From contig NW_013657653.1 of assembly GCF_000142905.1 (NCBI RefSeq), forward strand, positions 157,649 to 221,648: a stretch of 64,000 nt of DNA, read 5' to 3'. Of the stretch, positions 11,301-23,600 are shown piece after piece. This stretch comes from Thecamonas trahens ATCC 50062. Taxonomy: Eukaryota; Protista; Apusomonadida. How positions within the stretch are numbered: position 1 is the first letter of the stretch; each line of letters begins with the position of its first letter. The position numbers and the translations under genes are program-made. The notes beneath the pieces were generated by a model. The model did no database searches, was not told where the DNA came from, and saw only the letters and a program-made list of their open reading frames with translations.

Positions 11301-13424
11301 CAGCGCAAGTGGCGCCCGCGCTGACCGAGTCGATGACATAGGCGTCAAACGAGACGATGGCAATCGAGTTGCCGGGCAGAGCGTGAATGATGAGGCCAGG
11401 CGAAGCCGAGTCAAACAGATGGTCGTCGGCGGCGAGCGTGTAGGCGAGTGGCGAGCCCGCGGCGTCGGTGACGGTCAGCGAGAGGCCGCATGGGAGCGGA
11501 CGACGCGAGAAGCAGGTGTCGTCCAGGTCAACAACAACGGTCAGGTCGTGAGCAACGCCTGATTGAGTGTTGGCGTAGGCGAGGGCAAAGCGGACAGTGT
11601 CGCCGCCGTCAACGTTCTTGGTGGGAGCGGCAACAGGCGTGGCGAGCGCCGAGGTAATGGTCATCGAGGTGGGCGCACCCGATGCAGAGGTACAAAAGTC
11701 AACGTCAAAGGCGTCGAGCCACGCAGATGCATCGCAGGAGGAGCAAGTAGCGGCAGCGGCAGGGTTCGAGGCGGCGATGAGCGAGGCGGCGGCAAGCGAG
11801 ACAAGCGGCTGGCGAATGGCAGCCTTGGATGGGTCCGAGGTAACAAAGATGCCGTTCTCGACTGCAGTGGCCGTGGCCGAGGCGACGGCGAGGTCGGGCG
11901 AGAGGTGATCATCAGCAATGAACGAGCAGCGGATGACAATCTCGCGGGTGACCGACTGCGGGTCCGAGTGTGAGGGGAACGACCAGGAGAGCGAGTTGGC
12001 AGCGCCGTCGACGGCAAAGACCGGGGCACCGAGGACGTCGGTGGCGGTCGAGTCGGGCGCCGGGGCGCAGGACCCGGCCGGCGGAAACGTGCTGGGAGCA
12101 GCATGGTTGTAAACGGTACCGGTCACATCGTGGCGCGGGGCAGGAAGTGCGAGCGAGATGTCAAGCGAGGCCTCGTCAGACGAGATGAGCATGTAGCGGA
12201 GCTCGTAGGTGATGGCGTGGCCAAGGTCGGCGATGGCGAGGGTCGAGGTCGGGACGGCAGCGCCATCGACGCCGACGGTCTCGAGGACGATGGCCTTGGG
12301 CTTGATGGGGCGGCCGGTGGCCGCAGCCGCGGTGATGGGCACGCCCGAAGGGATGATGTCACCCCGCCAGATCGAGTCGGCGGCAATGGCGTCGCCGGTG
12401 ACAAGCGTGGGGTCGGTAGTGACGCGAGTGTCGGTGAAGGCCTCGTTGACGTTAGCAAACGAGATGAGCGACGCCGACTCGCAGCCGTGGAGCTCGCCGG
12501 GGACAGCGCGGTGGGTCGTCATCGAGCCATCCGTCTCAGGGCGAGCATCAAAGCCGACCGACGACATGTCGTAGACAAGCGAGATCGGCGCAGGCGAGCC
12601 CGAGTTGGCGTCGGGGGCGGTGAGCAGGCCGTCATTGTTGGGCGTGGTGCCATCGGCAAGGACGAGCTCAAGGACCTCGATGTTGTTGATGGAAAAGTCT
12701 CGGACATGACGTTCGAGGTTGTCCACGCCACAAGATCGCGCGGGGTGAGCCACTTGGCGCCGGCGGCAAGCGACTGTGGGTAGTCGGACTCGATGGGCAC
12801 GGCCATCGAGGCGAGCATCGGCCGAAGTTCGACGTCAATGGTGTGGACCGACGGCGGGCGGGTGACGCTGGCGCCGGTTGCCGTATCGGTGAGCGTGTAG
12901 CTCGAGAGCGAGACAGTAAAGGTAGCAAAGCGCGGACCGCCGACGACCGGCGCCTGGCCATTGACCGGATCGAGCACAGGCGTCACTCCGTCGGCCTCAA
13001 ACTCGGGCGCCATGAATGGCGCCGTCATCGTGATCGTCGCGTCGGGCGTGAGCGCACCCGCACCGCTGTCGCCAGCAAAGGTGAGCGTGCCGCCGAAGCG
13101 AGCGGTCTCGAGCGTGAGGTTGAAGGCCGAGGTCTGGCACGTCGCCGTGCCGATCTCGCACTCGCCGCCGACGTCAAAGAGCGCGGTGGCTGTGGGGTAG
13201 CCGACAGTGACCGCCAGCGATGAGGCGTCGAGCTCAAAGCCGGTTGGGACGGCCAGATCGATCTTCATCCCGTTGGGGTGGCACGTTCCGGTCGCCATCA
13301 CCGGGCCGGCGACAAACGAGGTCGTCACCGCGAGGTCGGCTCCGAGCACCGTTGGGATGAGCGCGGCTGAGGTCACGAGGATGAGCGCAAGCGCGCGCAC
13401 GGGAAAGGAAGAAGGAAAAAACAT
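5388..13424 (-). CDS. Giant type I membrane surface protein (~2,677 aa repaired): signal peptide, pilin-like/DUF11-type Ig repeats, CBM-like domain, VWD domain, TM; broken by 5 frameshifts
   Basis: Signal peptide MFFPSSFPVRALALILVTSAALIPTVLG; repeats such as GGDTVRFALAYANT..GVAHDL and EELTFQISIFLPEG; NILANPSFD; VWD motifs GDPHIRSYDG..SFQASGDFVL and GLLGTPDGDESND; TM FGWAILAGVVVAIAAIVVVILFAM. The fragments join into one frame with four +1 corrections and removal of one 7-bp duplication. Confidence 0.8.
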
Positions 13425-14199
13425 AGTTGACTTGATCAAACGAACAGCTTGTACTGAAGGTGCACAAAGGCTCTTGTCTTTGGAAGAAAAGAGGGTACTA
13501 CAACATGTTGAGAAGAACGCGACGCGAAAATCGCTTCGGCTTTAATCTGCAGCCCACTCGAGCGGGTGTTGCGTTTGCGGACAGGTTGGTACGTTCGCCG
13601 GATTTTGTGCGATGGCGGTCTGCCGAGCGTCTGGGGAAAGGGCTGTCAGGGCGAGGATAGCTCCCACTACGGCTGTATAGTGTAGTTGGCTGAAGTAGGA
13701 GAAATGAAGAAGGCTCGGGTGTGTTGGGGAGCCGCGGGGAGTGCAAATCGCCGTGGGTGGGGGCAAAAAGGACAGCGGGTAAAATATTTGTTCTGTTCCA
13801 TGCGGATGATTGTCAAATTGGCAGCCAGAGCACAAGGTGCGGATGACGGGACGTCGTTCTCCGGCGGCCCAGGAGATGAGTACGGAGCGCAACGAGGTAT
13901 TAGGGAGTTGTACAGCAGATGAACGTGGTTGGCAAGGTTGCCAGCGGGCCGATTGCAGATTGCGCATTGCAAAGAGCTTTGAAGCGCGTGGAGAACCTGC
14001 GCAAGGCTTGCGCACTCGCAAAGCCTCCAAGCTGAAACCTGACGCTGCACTCTGTCCGGTTGGGGGTCAGATCAACTACAATGAGACTGAACAAGGCACT
14101 TAGATGCGCTTGAGTCGATGTAGGGCGGCATACAAGCGCGCGAGCGCGTCGCACGCAGGTCGGCCGAGTCTGTGTCACGGTGGTGCCCCATGGGCTAAA

Positions 14200-14350
14200 A
14201 CAATGAATTCTATATAAATATATGTAAACGTGACTGTACATATATATATTTTGTGTCAAATTGATTATTTTGAAAGTTGTGCTGTTTTTCAGCAACAAAT
14301 ATATAAAAGTAATATTTTGTCGCGTTTGGGGTGGAAATATGCCTGTTTTT
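14200..14350. other. AT-rich intergenic island
   Basis: TATATAAATATATG, TATATATATTTT and AAATATATAAAAGTAATATTTT within an otherwise GC-rich window. Confidence 0.6.
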
Positions 14351-14640
14351 TGTAAGGAGGCTGTGAGACCAAACTGAATGCAGCATCGTTGACTCGCTAT
14401 TGTTGCCGGCAGCATTGTCAGCACACCAGAGATCCTCGCCTTACCCTCAAAACACTCTAACGAGGCCCACCCCGCTGCCCTACGGACTTTCCAGCACTCC
14501 TACATCACCAACCTGCAGCTACAAACAAGGACGTTATGCAGCTTCCGCTGCCACGCCATCTACATGCTGACTTGTCTCCACAGCTGGCTGCTGGGCACAA
14601 AAAAATGTATGATCATCCTGCCACAGCAGATGTGGTTTAG

Positions 14641-17600
14641 TTAGTTCAACGTCGGCTCGTCTTCAGTCACGTCGGCGACAACAGGCGCAAAGCCGCGTGC
14701 CGCAAGGAGAGGAAGCGTGCCGTCAGCCTCGTCATCAACGCCACTGACACCGATCGACCACCGCCCGCCCCGGAGCATTTTGCGCCGCTCCCGGAGAACA
14801 GCGGCATCGAGCGAGCGTCCACGGACTGCAAGGACCGCGGTCGAGAGCCACTGGCCCCAGAACGCGATGCCCCAGAGCGCAACGACTGCCAGCGGCCCGT
14901 GCCCGCGGAGGAGGAAGAGCGCCACGCCGCCGACAATTGCCGACACCGTGGTGGTAACCACTGCATGAAGGGCGAGCACACGCCGCTGCCCGCCCTGCAC
15001 AACGTTCCACACTGGGGCCACGAGCTCGCCGGCCGCCGCGATGGTCCACAGCCCGAGCGAGACGGAGATCGAGACCGCGGCCTGCGACCGCCCGCCGAGC
15101 ACCGCCGCCGAGACTGCTGCGCCAAAGGTGAGCAGGTATCCGAGCCCAGCCACGGCCTTGCTCGCTGTGTCCGGCGAGTCCAGCGCTAGGTGCGCGCCAG
15201 TCATGACCACAACCACCCGTGTCCGCACCGTGTCTAGCACGAGGCCGAGCGCAAGAAGCACGAGGCTTGTCGCCACCACCACCACGCCGGCTCCACTCCG
15301 CAGCGCGTTGGCAAGCGCAGGCACAACAAGGACAAACATCGCGAGGCCAAGCAGAGCACGCGCGAGGCGCGCCACAACAGACGCACCCACGAACCGCCGT
15401 CGCGCGAGCACGTGCGACGCTGCCGCAAGGCCTGCCCCAACGCACGCCGCCGACGCAAGCCCGGCCGCCACGTTCCGCCACATCGTGTCTTGCTTGGGCG
15501 CTGGCGACACAGCCGCGCACTGCACTCCACCGAGGTTCGCCACAGCCTGGTACGCCGCCGCAACAGCGTCCACCGTCGTCGGCGACCACTCTGCAAGCCG
15601 CGCCCGCGAGACAAGCGCAAAGACCACAAACCGCGCCCACCCGAACCGGTCGCCAAACACCTGGTTGAGTCCGTAGTCTAGCCCGCGCTCGGCAAACACA
15701 AACCCGCACAGTGTCGCAATCGCGCACACGCATGCAGAGCCCAGCACAAAGCCCATCAGGCTCACGCTAAACGCCCCACCCGCCCCGCCACCGTCGCCAC
15801 CAAGCACAAGCGGTCCGTACGGGACGCACGCAAGCCCGTCGCGACTCTGCTGAGCGCTCACCGCGCCCACAACCCGCCATTGCGCTGCCGCCGCGCACGA
15901 TTCGAGCTCCGGCGCATCTGTGCACGGGCCGCCAAACAGCGCATCCGCACGGAGCTGCCGCGCCGTGCACTGCGACGACGCGTAGCACGTCCACGAGCAT
16001 CCATCGTCGCCACAGTACTCCAGCCGCATCGCTCCGCCGGCGTTGCTCACAACGCGCGCCTCCTCCACAACAGCCCGCGACGGCTCCCCGTTCGCCACGT
16101 TGACAAGCTCCAGCCGCGAGCCAGACCCGGCAGGCTCAAACACAATTGTCGGCAGCGTGAGCGCCGCGGCGCCAACAAATGCGTCGTCAGTCGACGCTAC
16201 CGTCGACATCCCGCTCCCGACAGCCGTAATTGCCACCCGGGAGAACAACGCACTACCCGGCCGCCCGACCGTCACGTCCACAGCCTTGGCACCAGACGGC
16301 CGAGTCACCTCGACCTGCTCGCCCACAGCACGTACCACCGCCCGTGCGCTGCCACTCGCCGCGCTCGTGTTGAACACCGTCGCGTCGACAGTCACCGCAA
16401 CATCATCGTCGCCGCCCCACACCGTCGTCGCAGGCACGTTACGCTGCTCCGCGCTCGTCGAGCCGAGCGCAACATCGCAGCCGCTTCCCTGAATCGACAC
16501 CGCCGTCCGCATCGCAGCTGTGTCGATCGCCTCAAGTTAAACGCAGCGCCGCCCGCACCAGCAGTGCAGTGCACATCGGCCTTGCTCGCCGCTGCAAACA
16601 CGCCGAGTGCAACGGTAGCCCGCGATGTCTTCCGCGCGCCAACCTCAAACACTGACCCGTCCTCGCGGGTCACATACAGCTCGGCCTCCTCGCCAACAGC
16701 AAGCTTGGCCTCTGACCACACAGCTGTATCGCTGAGCGAGATCCGCGCGCCTTCGGTCGTCACGTTCACCACTGCAGCACTCACCTCAGCCGCAATCCCA
16801 GCCACGCTCACGTTCGTTGCCGTCATCTCCACGTATGACACGCCAAAGAGGCCGGCACCGCATCCTTGCGCCGACGCGGCCGCTGCTGAGCTCACGCCGA
16901 GCTCGCCCACAACCACATCGATCACAACAAGCGACGGCATCGCGTTCTTAGCCACGCCCTCGGCAGACACGACACAGTGATGGTCCACGTCCACCGCTTT
17001 GCCGGCGTCCATAAACACCCGCGTCGTCTCACCCACAAGCCACACAGGCGCCGTCGCCGAAACAATCGCCCCAGACTGCGCCAGCACATCGCCTCCAGCA
17101 ATCACAAGCGGGAACGTAAACTCGGCAGGAAGGATGCTTGTATGCGGCGCGAGCAACACGAGCGCAGTCTCCAGTCCGTCAGGTGCAGGTGCGTCTGCAA
17201 CACGCACCGTGGTGCCCGGCGCGCTGCTCGCGTCGAGGACAAGCACGTCAACGTGCTGCAGCGTCAGCCGCAGCCCACCAACAATCACCCGCCCGTATCC
17301 GCCGTAGCCTAGGTCGTGCACGCTCACGTCGTAAGACGCCGACGTGGAAGGCAGCGCCGGAAGGTGCAGCACAACCGTGCCGTTGCCTCCGTACACTCCA
17401 TGGACAGCAACTGACATTGGCTCGTCCACCGCAGCGAGTGCAATGTCCAACACCCAATCCTTGGCCACTTCGCCCGGGTGGCTGGCAGACGCGGCAGCAA
17501 ACGTGCTCTCGGACGAGACCGGAAGCTGCACAACCTCGATCACCTCCTTGCCGGCAAGGTCAAAGTCGAGATGCCCACCCACAGGTGTCGTCACGTTGAT

Positions 17601-20600
17601 CGTCCGCGGCGAGCCGCCAAAGTAGCCGGCCAGCCACGGATATGTCGACATGTCTGGCGTCCCGCCGAGTAGCGACATCGCGTCGTCCGTCGTTAGCTGC
17701 GAGACAACAAGTGTCGGCTCAGGCCGCCCGAACCCACACGGCACCACTGAGTCACCCTCAAGCAGCGACGGTGAGAGCGAGTCCATCACAGGCGGCGCCC
17801 AGAACACAACAACGTCGGCAGCTCCATCAGCGCCCACAGCCACACGCGTCGGCGAGTCCAGTGGGCCTACAAAGTTGGCAAAGTCCACCCCCTCTCCGAG
17901 ATCCACCTCGAGCGGTGCCGAAGCTCCAGACACCAGGTAGTCCAGCAAGTCAATGCCATTTCCAAGTGATGCGCTCAATGCCACGTTCTGCACCTTGGCC
18001 CCGAGCACGCCGTCCCTCCCACCGCCGGTTGTGATGTTCATCACATATTGGCTGGCGACAGCAGAGTACGCCAGCTGACATGCCGGCAGCCCATCGGTAC
18101 CCGCTGGCACTCCGTTCGCCGCTGCAAGGCCCATCGTCCATGCTGTCGCCGCTGTCGGCGGCCGGAGCAAAACGCCCGATTGCGGCTCTGCCATGCAAAC
18201 CCGGTGCGACGCAAAGTCGAACCACTGGTCCGGAGCACTCGCGCCCGTCGCACTCGCAAGCGTCAGCGACCCACCGCTCGCTGTTCCCACAAACACCGGC
18301 GCCGCAATCGCCGCCAGCGGATGCTTGTTCGACCCGGCAGTCCCAAACGTCACGTCAATCGTCCCGTTCGCCACAACAGCTGCAGACGACGACGCCATCA
18401 CAAGCTTGGCAGCGCCGGCAGACGTGTACAGCACCTCGGTAGACTCGCTGGCCATCACATGCTCGGCTGCAGTGCTGCCCACTCCAAAGTCGACACGCGC
18501 ACGCGCCACGCCAACCATCTCCACACTGAACGAGCTTCCGCTGCCTGCAGCCGGCGTCACCTCGATGAGGCCGTCCGACACCGCGTAGCTCATCGTCCGT
18601 GCATCGTCGCCACCACGCACGTGCACAAACACAGTTCGGTCACTGGCGTCCTCGTTGAACACCCGCACCTTACATCCATACCCGTCGAGCTTCTCGCCGC
18701 CGTTGCCGAGCACAATGTTGTGGAACCCGCTGCCGCGCGGATACACCGTCAGTGTCGAGCTCTCATCACACCCGCGCAGGTCGTACGTCAGCTCATGCTC
18801 GGCGCTCGCACCCACGCCCATCACGTTGACATTCGTCCCCGCCACAGGCGTCGCCACGTACACCATCGTCTCACGCTGCGCATCAGACGCATGCATCTCC
18901 ACGTTGAGTACCTGAATGTCTGCATAGTCCACAGCCCGCGACGGTCCGCTGCCAAAGTGACCCACAACGTTCGTTGCCTGCACATCGGCCATCAGTCCGT
19001 CGCTCGCCAGCGTCACGTTGAACACATTGTCCACACCGCCGTTGCCGTCCACAGACAGCATCGACACAATGCCGGCAAGGTCTGGCACAAGGAACACATC
19101 GTCCGCATCACCACCAGCCACACTCGACGCCGCCAGCGGCGACATCGCCACACCGTCGCTACTTGGCTTCCACTCGAGAACGTCGTCCTCGTCACCAAGC
19201 GACGCAGTCAGCGCCACGTTGTCCACACCGAGTCCCACAATACCGTCGACACCACCGCCGGTCGTCACGCTCATTACGTACCGTGACGGCTGTCCGCCGT
19301 ATGCCAGCTGGCACGCCGGCAGCCCATCGGTCGCCGCGGGAACACCCGCTGCAGCCGCAAGCTCCACCGCCCACGCCGTCGGCTTGACCGTCGGCCGCAT
19401 CGGCGTTGCCGTCTTGGCCTCTGCCTCGCACACCCGGTGCGACGCAAAGTTGAACCACTGGTCCGGGGCACTCGCGCCCGTCGCACTTGCAAGCGTCAGC
19501 GACCCACCGCTCGCTGTTCCCACAAACACCGGCGCCGCAATCGCCGCCAGCGGATGCTTGTTCGACCCGGCAGTCCCAAACGTCACGTCAATCGTTCCGT
19601 TCGCCACAACAGCTGCAGACGACGACGCCATCACAAGCTTGGCAGCGCCGGCAGACGTGTACAGCACCTCAGTTGTCGCGTGGACCATCTTGTGCTCCGC
19701 GACAGTGCTACCTACGCCAAAGTGGACAAGCGCGCGAGCAACAGGTCCGTTGAACACAATCTGCATTCCGTCTGTCTTGCCTGACGCATCTGTCACATGA
19801 ACGCCGCTGTCAGACACAGCATACTTGAGCGCACGCTTGTCCTGCGCTGCATGGACATGGACCGTCACGTCGGCCTTGGCCTCATTGACAATCTCGATAT
19901 CACACTCATAGTCGATGAGCGAGTGGGCTCCGTTGCCCAGGAGCACAGAGTGGCTCCCCTCGCCCTGCACGGTCACAACCAGCTTTGACTCCTTGGTGCA
20001 TCCGCGCAGATCGTAGGTTAGCACCGAGCTGGGCGCACCACCAATGCCAACCAGGTTGACATTGGTACCTGCCACCGGTGCCGCCACATACAGACCAACA
20101 GACTTCTTGCTCGCCGAAGCATGCACGTTGACGTTGAGCGTTTGGATGTTGCCAAATCCGACACCGCGCGATGGGGCCGAGTCAAAGCCGCCGAGGACAA
20201 AGTCGGCCATGATGTCCGCAAACGTCGCATCCTTGGCAAGCGTGACACTGAGGCTGTTGGCATCGCCACCAGCTCCGTTGACCGTGACCAGCGAGCCGAG
20301 AGCCGCGAGGTCAGCAACCTCAAACTTGTCGTCGCCGTCGCCACCGTGAGCAGACGTCTCGGTCCCGGCCGGCACTGCAGCAACCGTAAAGGTTGTCGCC
20401 TGCGACGCCGAGCCCTTCAGCCGCAGCCGCGAGAACACACCCTCGTTACCAAGAGCCACAGAGAGCTCGTTCTTGCCGAGCAGCACCGTCGACGACTCGA
20501 TCCGCACGCTCTCTGTCACAACCTCCACCGCAAGCGTGTCGCCTCCAGATCCAGAGACCGTCACCGCATGCCCGCCGTATGCTGCCAAACTGCCTGATAT

Positions 20601-23600
20601 TGTCACGTTGTTCGCAGTCGACACCGTCACCGCCACCGGACACACCGCGCCTTCGATACCGATCGACGCCCGTTCCACAGGCTCGGTGAGGCTCACACTC
20701 CCGCAGGTCTTGCCCAGTGAGGCACCGGCACCGCTGGCCGCGCTCACCTTGAGTCCACTCGCCACATACGTCGGTGTCCCGCTCGCCGGCGCGTGATACG
20801 CCATCGGAAGCTCGACATGGGCGGTGGCGACCGACGGCAGCGCAACAGGTGTCGAAGACCGCGGCACCACCCGGAAGGCGCCGTTTGTGGATCCAGCAAA
20901 CGTCACAACCTTGGCTGACACTGATGGCACGCCACGGGTCGGCAGCGCCTTACCCACCGGCTGGCCAGGCACCACAAAGGCAAACCAGATCATGCCGTTG
21001 CCGGCATCGTCAATGGTGTACGTCGGCAGCTCACCACTCGCCAGCATCATGCCGCTCGTCGTAGAGTCGACCAGCCCGAGGTTGATCGCTCCCGCACCCG
21101 AAGAGACTGCAGGCACAGACTGCGGATTAAACTTGTGCGTAAAGAGCGTCGTCGACCCGTCCCAGTGGACGACGGTCCAGCATTTGTGGACCACAATGAG
21201 GTGCACACATGCTCGGATGCCCAGCCCGTACTTGAATGTCAGCACAATGCCGCCGTCGAGCGAGTGCATCAGGTTGCCGTGCTTCACCAGCCGCGCAATC
21301 TGGTCAAAAGTGATGACCTCGCCACCGTTCGGGTTGTTGAGCCGGACTGAGACGTCGATCTGGAGCCCGGCGTAGCCGTAGCCCTTGAAGATAAAGACGC
21401 CGACCGAGACCTCGCCGGTCATCGACGCGGTAAAGATGAGCGGGTAGTGCGGCGAGCCGTCCGGGTTGGTGTACGTCACGCCCAAGCCGCGGAACAAGTA
21501 CGACGGGTTCTTGTAGTGGATCGACTCGTAGACCGCATCGTAAGTGAGAGAGACCTCACCGACCGAGACTGTGAGCGCAGCCTTAAAGTCTAGCGAGAGC
21601 ACAACGTGCGGGAACGGCCAGATCGGGATGGGGAAATGCATACCAAGAGCGAGCGTGGCGTCCGGAATGGTGACACCCACAATGGCAAAGTTGGTTCCCA
21701 TCATCATGTCAAGGAGCTTCTCCACCGGATCATGCAGGATGTTGTACTCGATGCCGAACGAGCCCGAGGTCGTCACGCCCGACACAAACGAGGCAATCTC
21801 CTTCTCGTGAGCCTGCGCAACTGCCGAGTTGTACAGAATCTGCTTGGTCTTGGGTGGGAGGTAGCTGTCGGGTACGAGGACTGGCTTGTGAAGCGCAAGC
21901 TCAAACGAGCCGAGCAGTTTGCTCACACCGCAGCCCTCGACGCCGAGCGATGAGAGCTCGTCAGCAACGGCGACAACGTCCATGATCCGTGCGTACGTCC
22001 GGACCGCCGCCACAAGATCGTTGATGTTGCAGTCTGACGTGAGTTCACAAAAGTACCGTGCCACACGAAGGGCGTTAAAGTTGGAGCCAAAGATCTTGGA
22101 CATGCCCGGAATCGGCTTGAGGAGCACGCCTTTGGGGCCAAAGACCTTGTTGAGCGGATCGAGGATCTTGGTAACGTGGCCCATCATGGCGTCGATGTAC
22201 TTGACAAGCATGGTGCCGAGGCACATCTCGACGTCGTTGAGCGCGAGCTTGGTCGGCGTGGTTGACGTCTGCCCGGCCTTGACGTTAAACTCGTACCCGG
22301 CCTTGAACGAGGCCTCGTAGTGGATGAACGCGGTAAGCGCCTCCTGTGGCGTGGTGTGCGCGAGGTCGGCAATGAGTGGACCGGCGCCAAGGAGGCCGCT
22401 ACCGCCCAACTGAGCCGAAATGTCGATGTCGACGTCAGCCTTGGGCTGAAGCGTCAGCGCGAGCGTGCCCTTGAGGTACGTCTCCGCCGGCGTGGTGATA
22501 AGCTCAAAGCCAAGCGGACCAAGCCCTCCGACCAGCTGACAACCGGATGGCATGTCGAGGTCGACGGTCGACGAGAAGGCCGGCTCGACCGGGAGCGTGA
22601 CCGAGACGCCGTGAACCGCCGAGTAAACGAGCGCAATGGAAAAAGTCCAGTCGGCCTCGAGCTGGGCGTTGCACTGGATGTCAAGGTCGAGCAGGCCATG
22701 CGCGCCCCAGTCTGAGTTAACCGAGAACAGCGGACGGAGTGCCGAGTTGCCAAACTCGATCGACCAGGTGTAGCTGCGAGCCTGCGCATCGTGGGCGACG
22801 GTGACCGGCTGCGCCAGGTGCGGGAGGTGCGCGTTGAGCGCGCCGGTCACAATCTCGACCACAATCTCGTCGACAGTTGTCGAGACCGGAATGCCCGCGA
22901 GCTTGTCAACGAGGTCGACCGAGATCTGGTGGATGATCTGCGAGGCAACGGCCGGCCCGGTGATGACCGCGAGCTCGCCATCAAAGAGCGTGGCGAGTTT
23001 CTTGTCGATAAACGCGATTGCCTTGGAGCCAATGATCGAGTCTGGACCAAACATTTGTGCCCGAAGCTTGGCGATCTCGCTTGAGAACGAGGAGAAAAAG
23101 GTGCCAGGATGCGAAAAGAACTCGGCCATCCACGACCGCGAGAGCACCGACTCGAGGTTGGACACAAAGTCGGCGCACTTTGCGTCCGAAGCCGTCGCAG
23201 ATGACGGCTCGGCCAGGTTCGGCACTTCCACAGAAATCTCACACTGTGACGTGTCTACAAACGGAAACGTGACCGTCGCTTCAAAGCCGGCCGAGCCGCC
23301 GAGGACGACCCCGGTGCCCGGCGAGGCGGCGAGAGTGGCGGGTGCCGTCTCTCCCACCGCATCTGTAGCCGCCAGCCATGCCCGCGACTTTGCCACCTGC
23401 GCAGAGAACGGACCAAACTGCAGTTTGAGCTGGCCGTCGTCACTGCCACCGGCAGACGCCCGCACGTACGTCTCGTCCTTGTTGAGCGAGATCTGGATCG
23501 GCCCAGACTCGGGGAAGGTGACGTCGAGAACAAGCGCAACTTCGACCTTGGCCGACACCGCAAGGTTGTTCGATGTCGACACGCCCGCGGCAAGCTCGCC

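Noticed and set aside
6285-12696. Programmed -1 ribosomal frameshifting in the giant gene
   Set aside because: No X XXY YYZ slippery heptamers or shared downstream structure seen, and several serial shifts would give negligible full-length product.
5388-13424. Five or six separate genes, or a decayed pseudogene
   Set aside because: Only the first piece has a signal peptide and only the last a TM; the pieces join into one stop-free frame. A recent null allele cannot be excluded.
13542-14424. ORFs of 80-170 aa in the spacer between the giant genes
   Set aside because: Atypical codon usage, non-ATG or weak starts, and no domain features.
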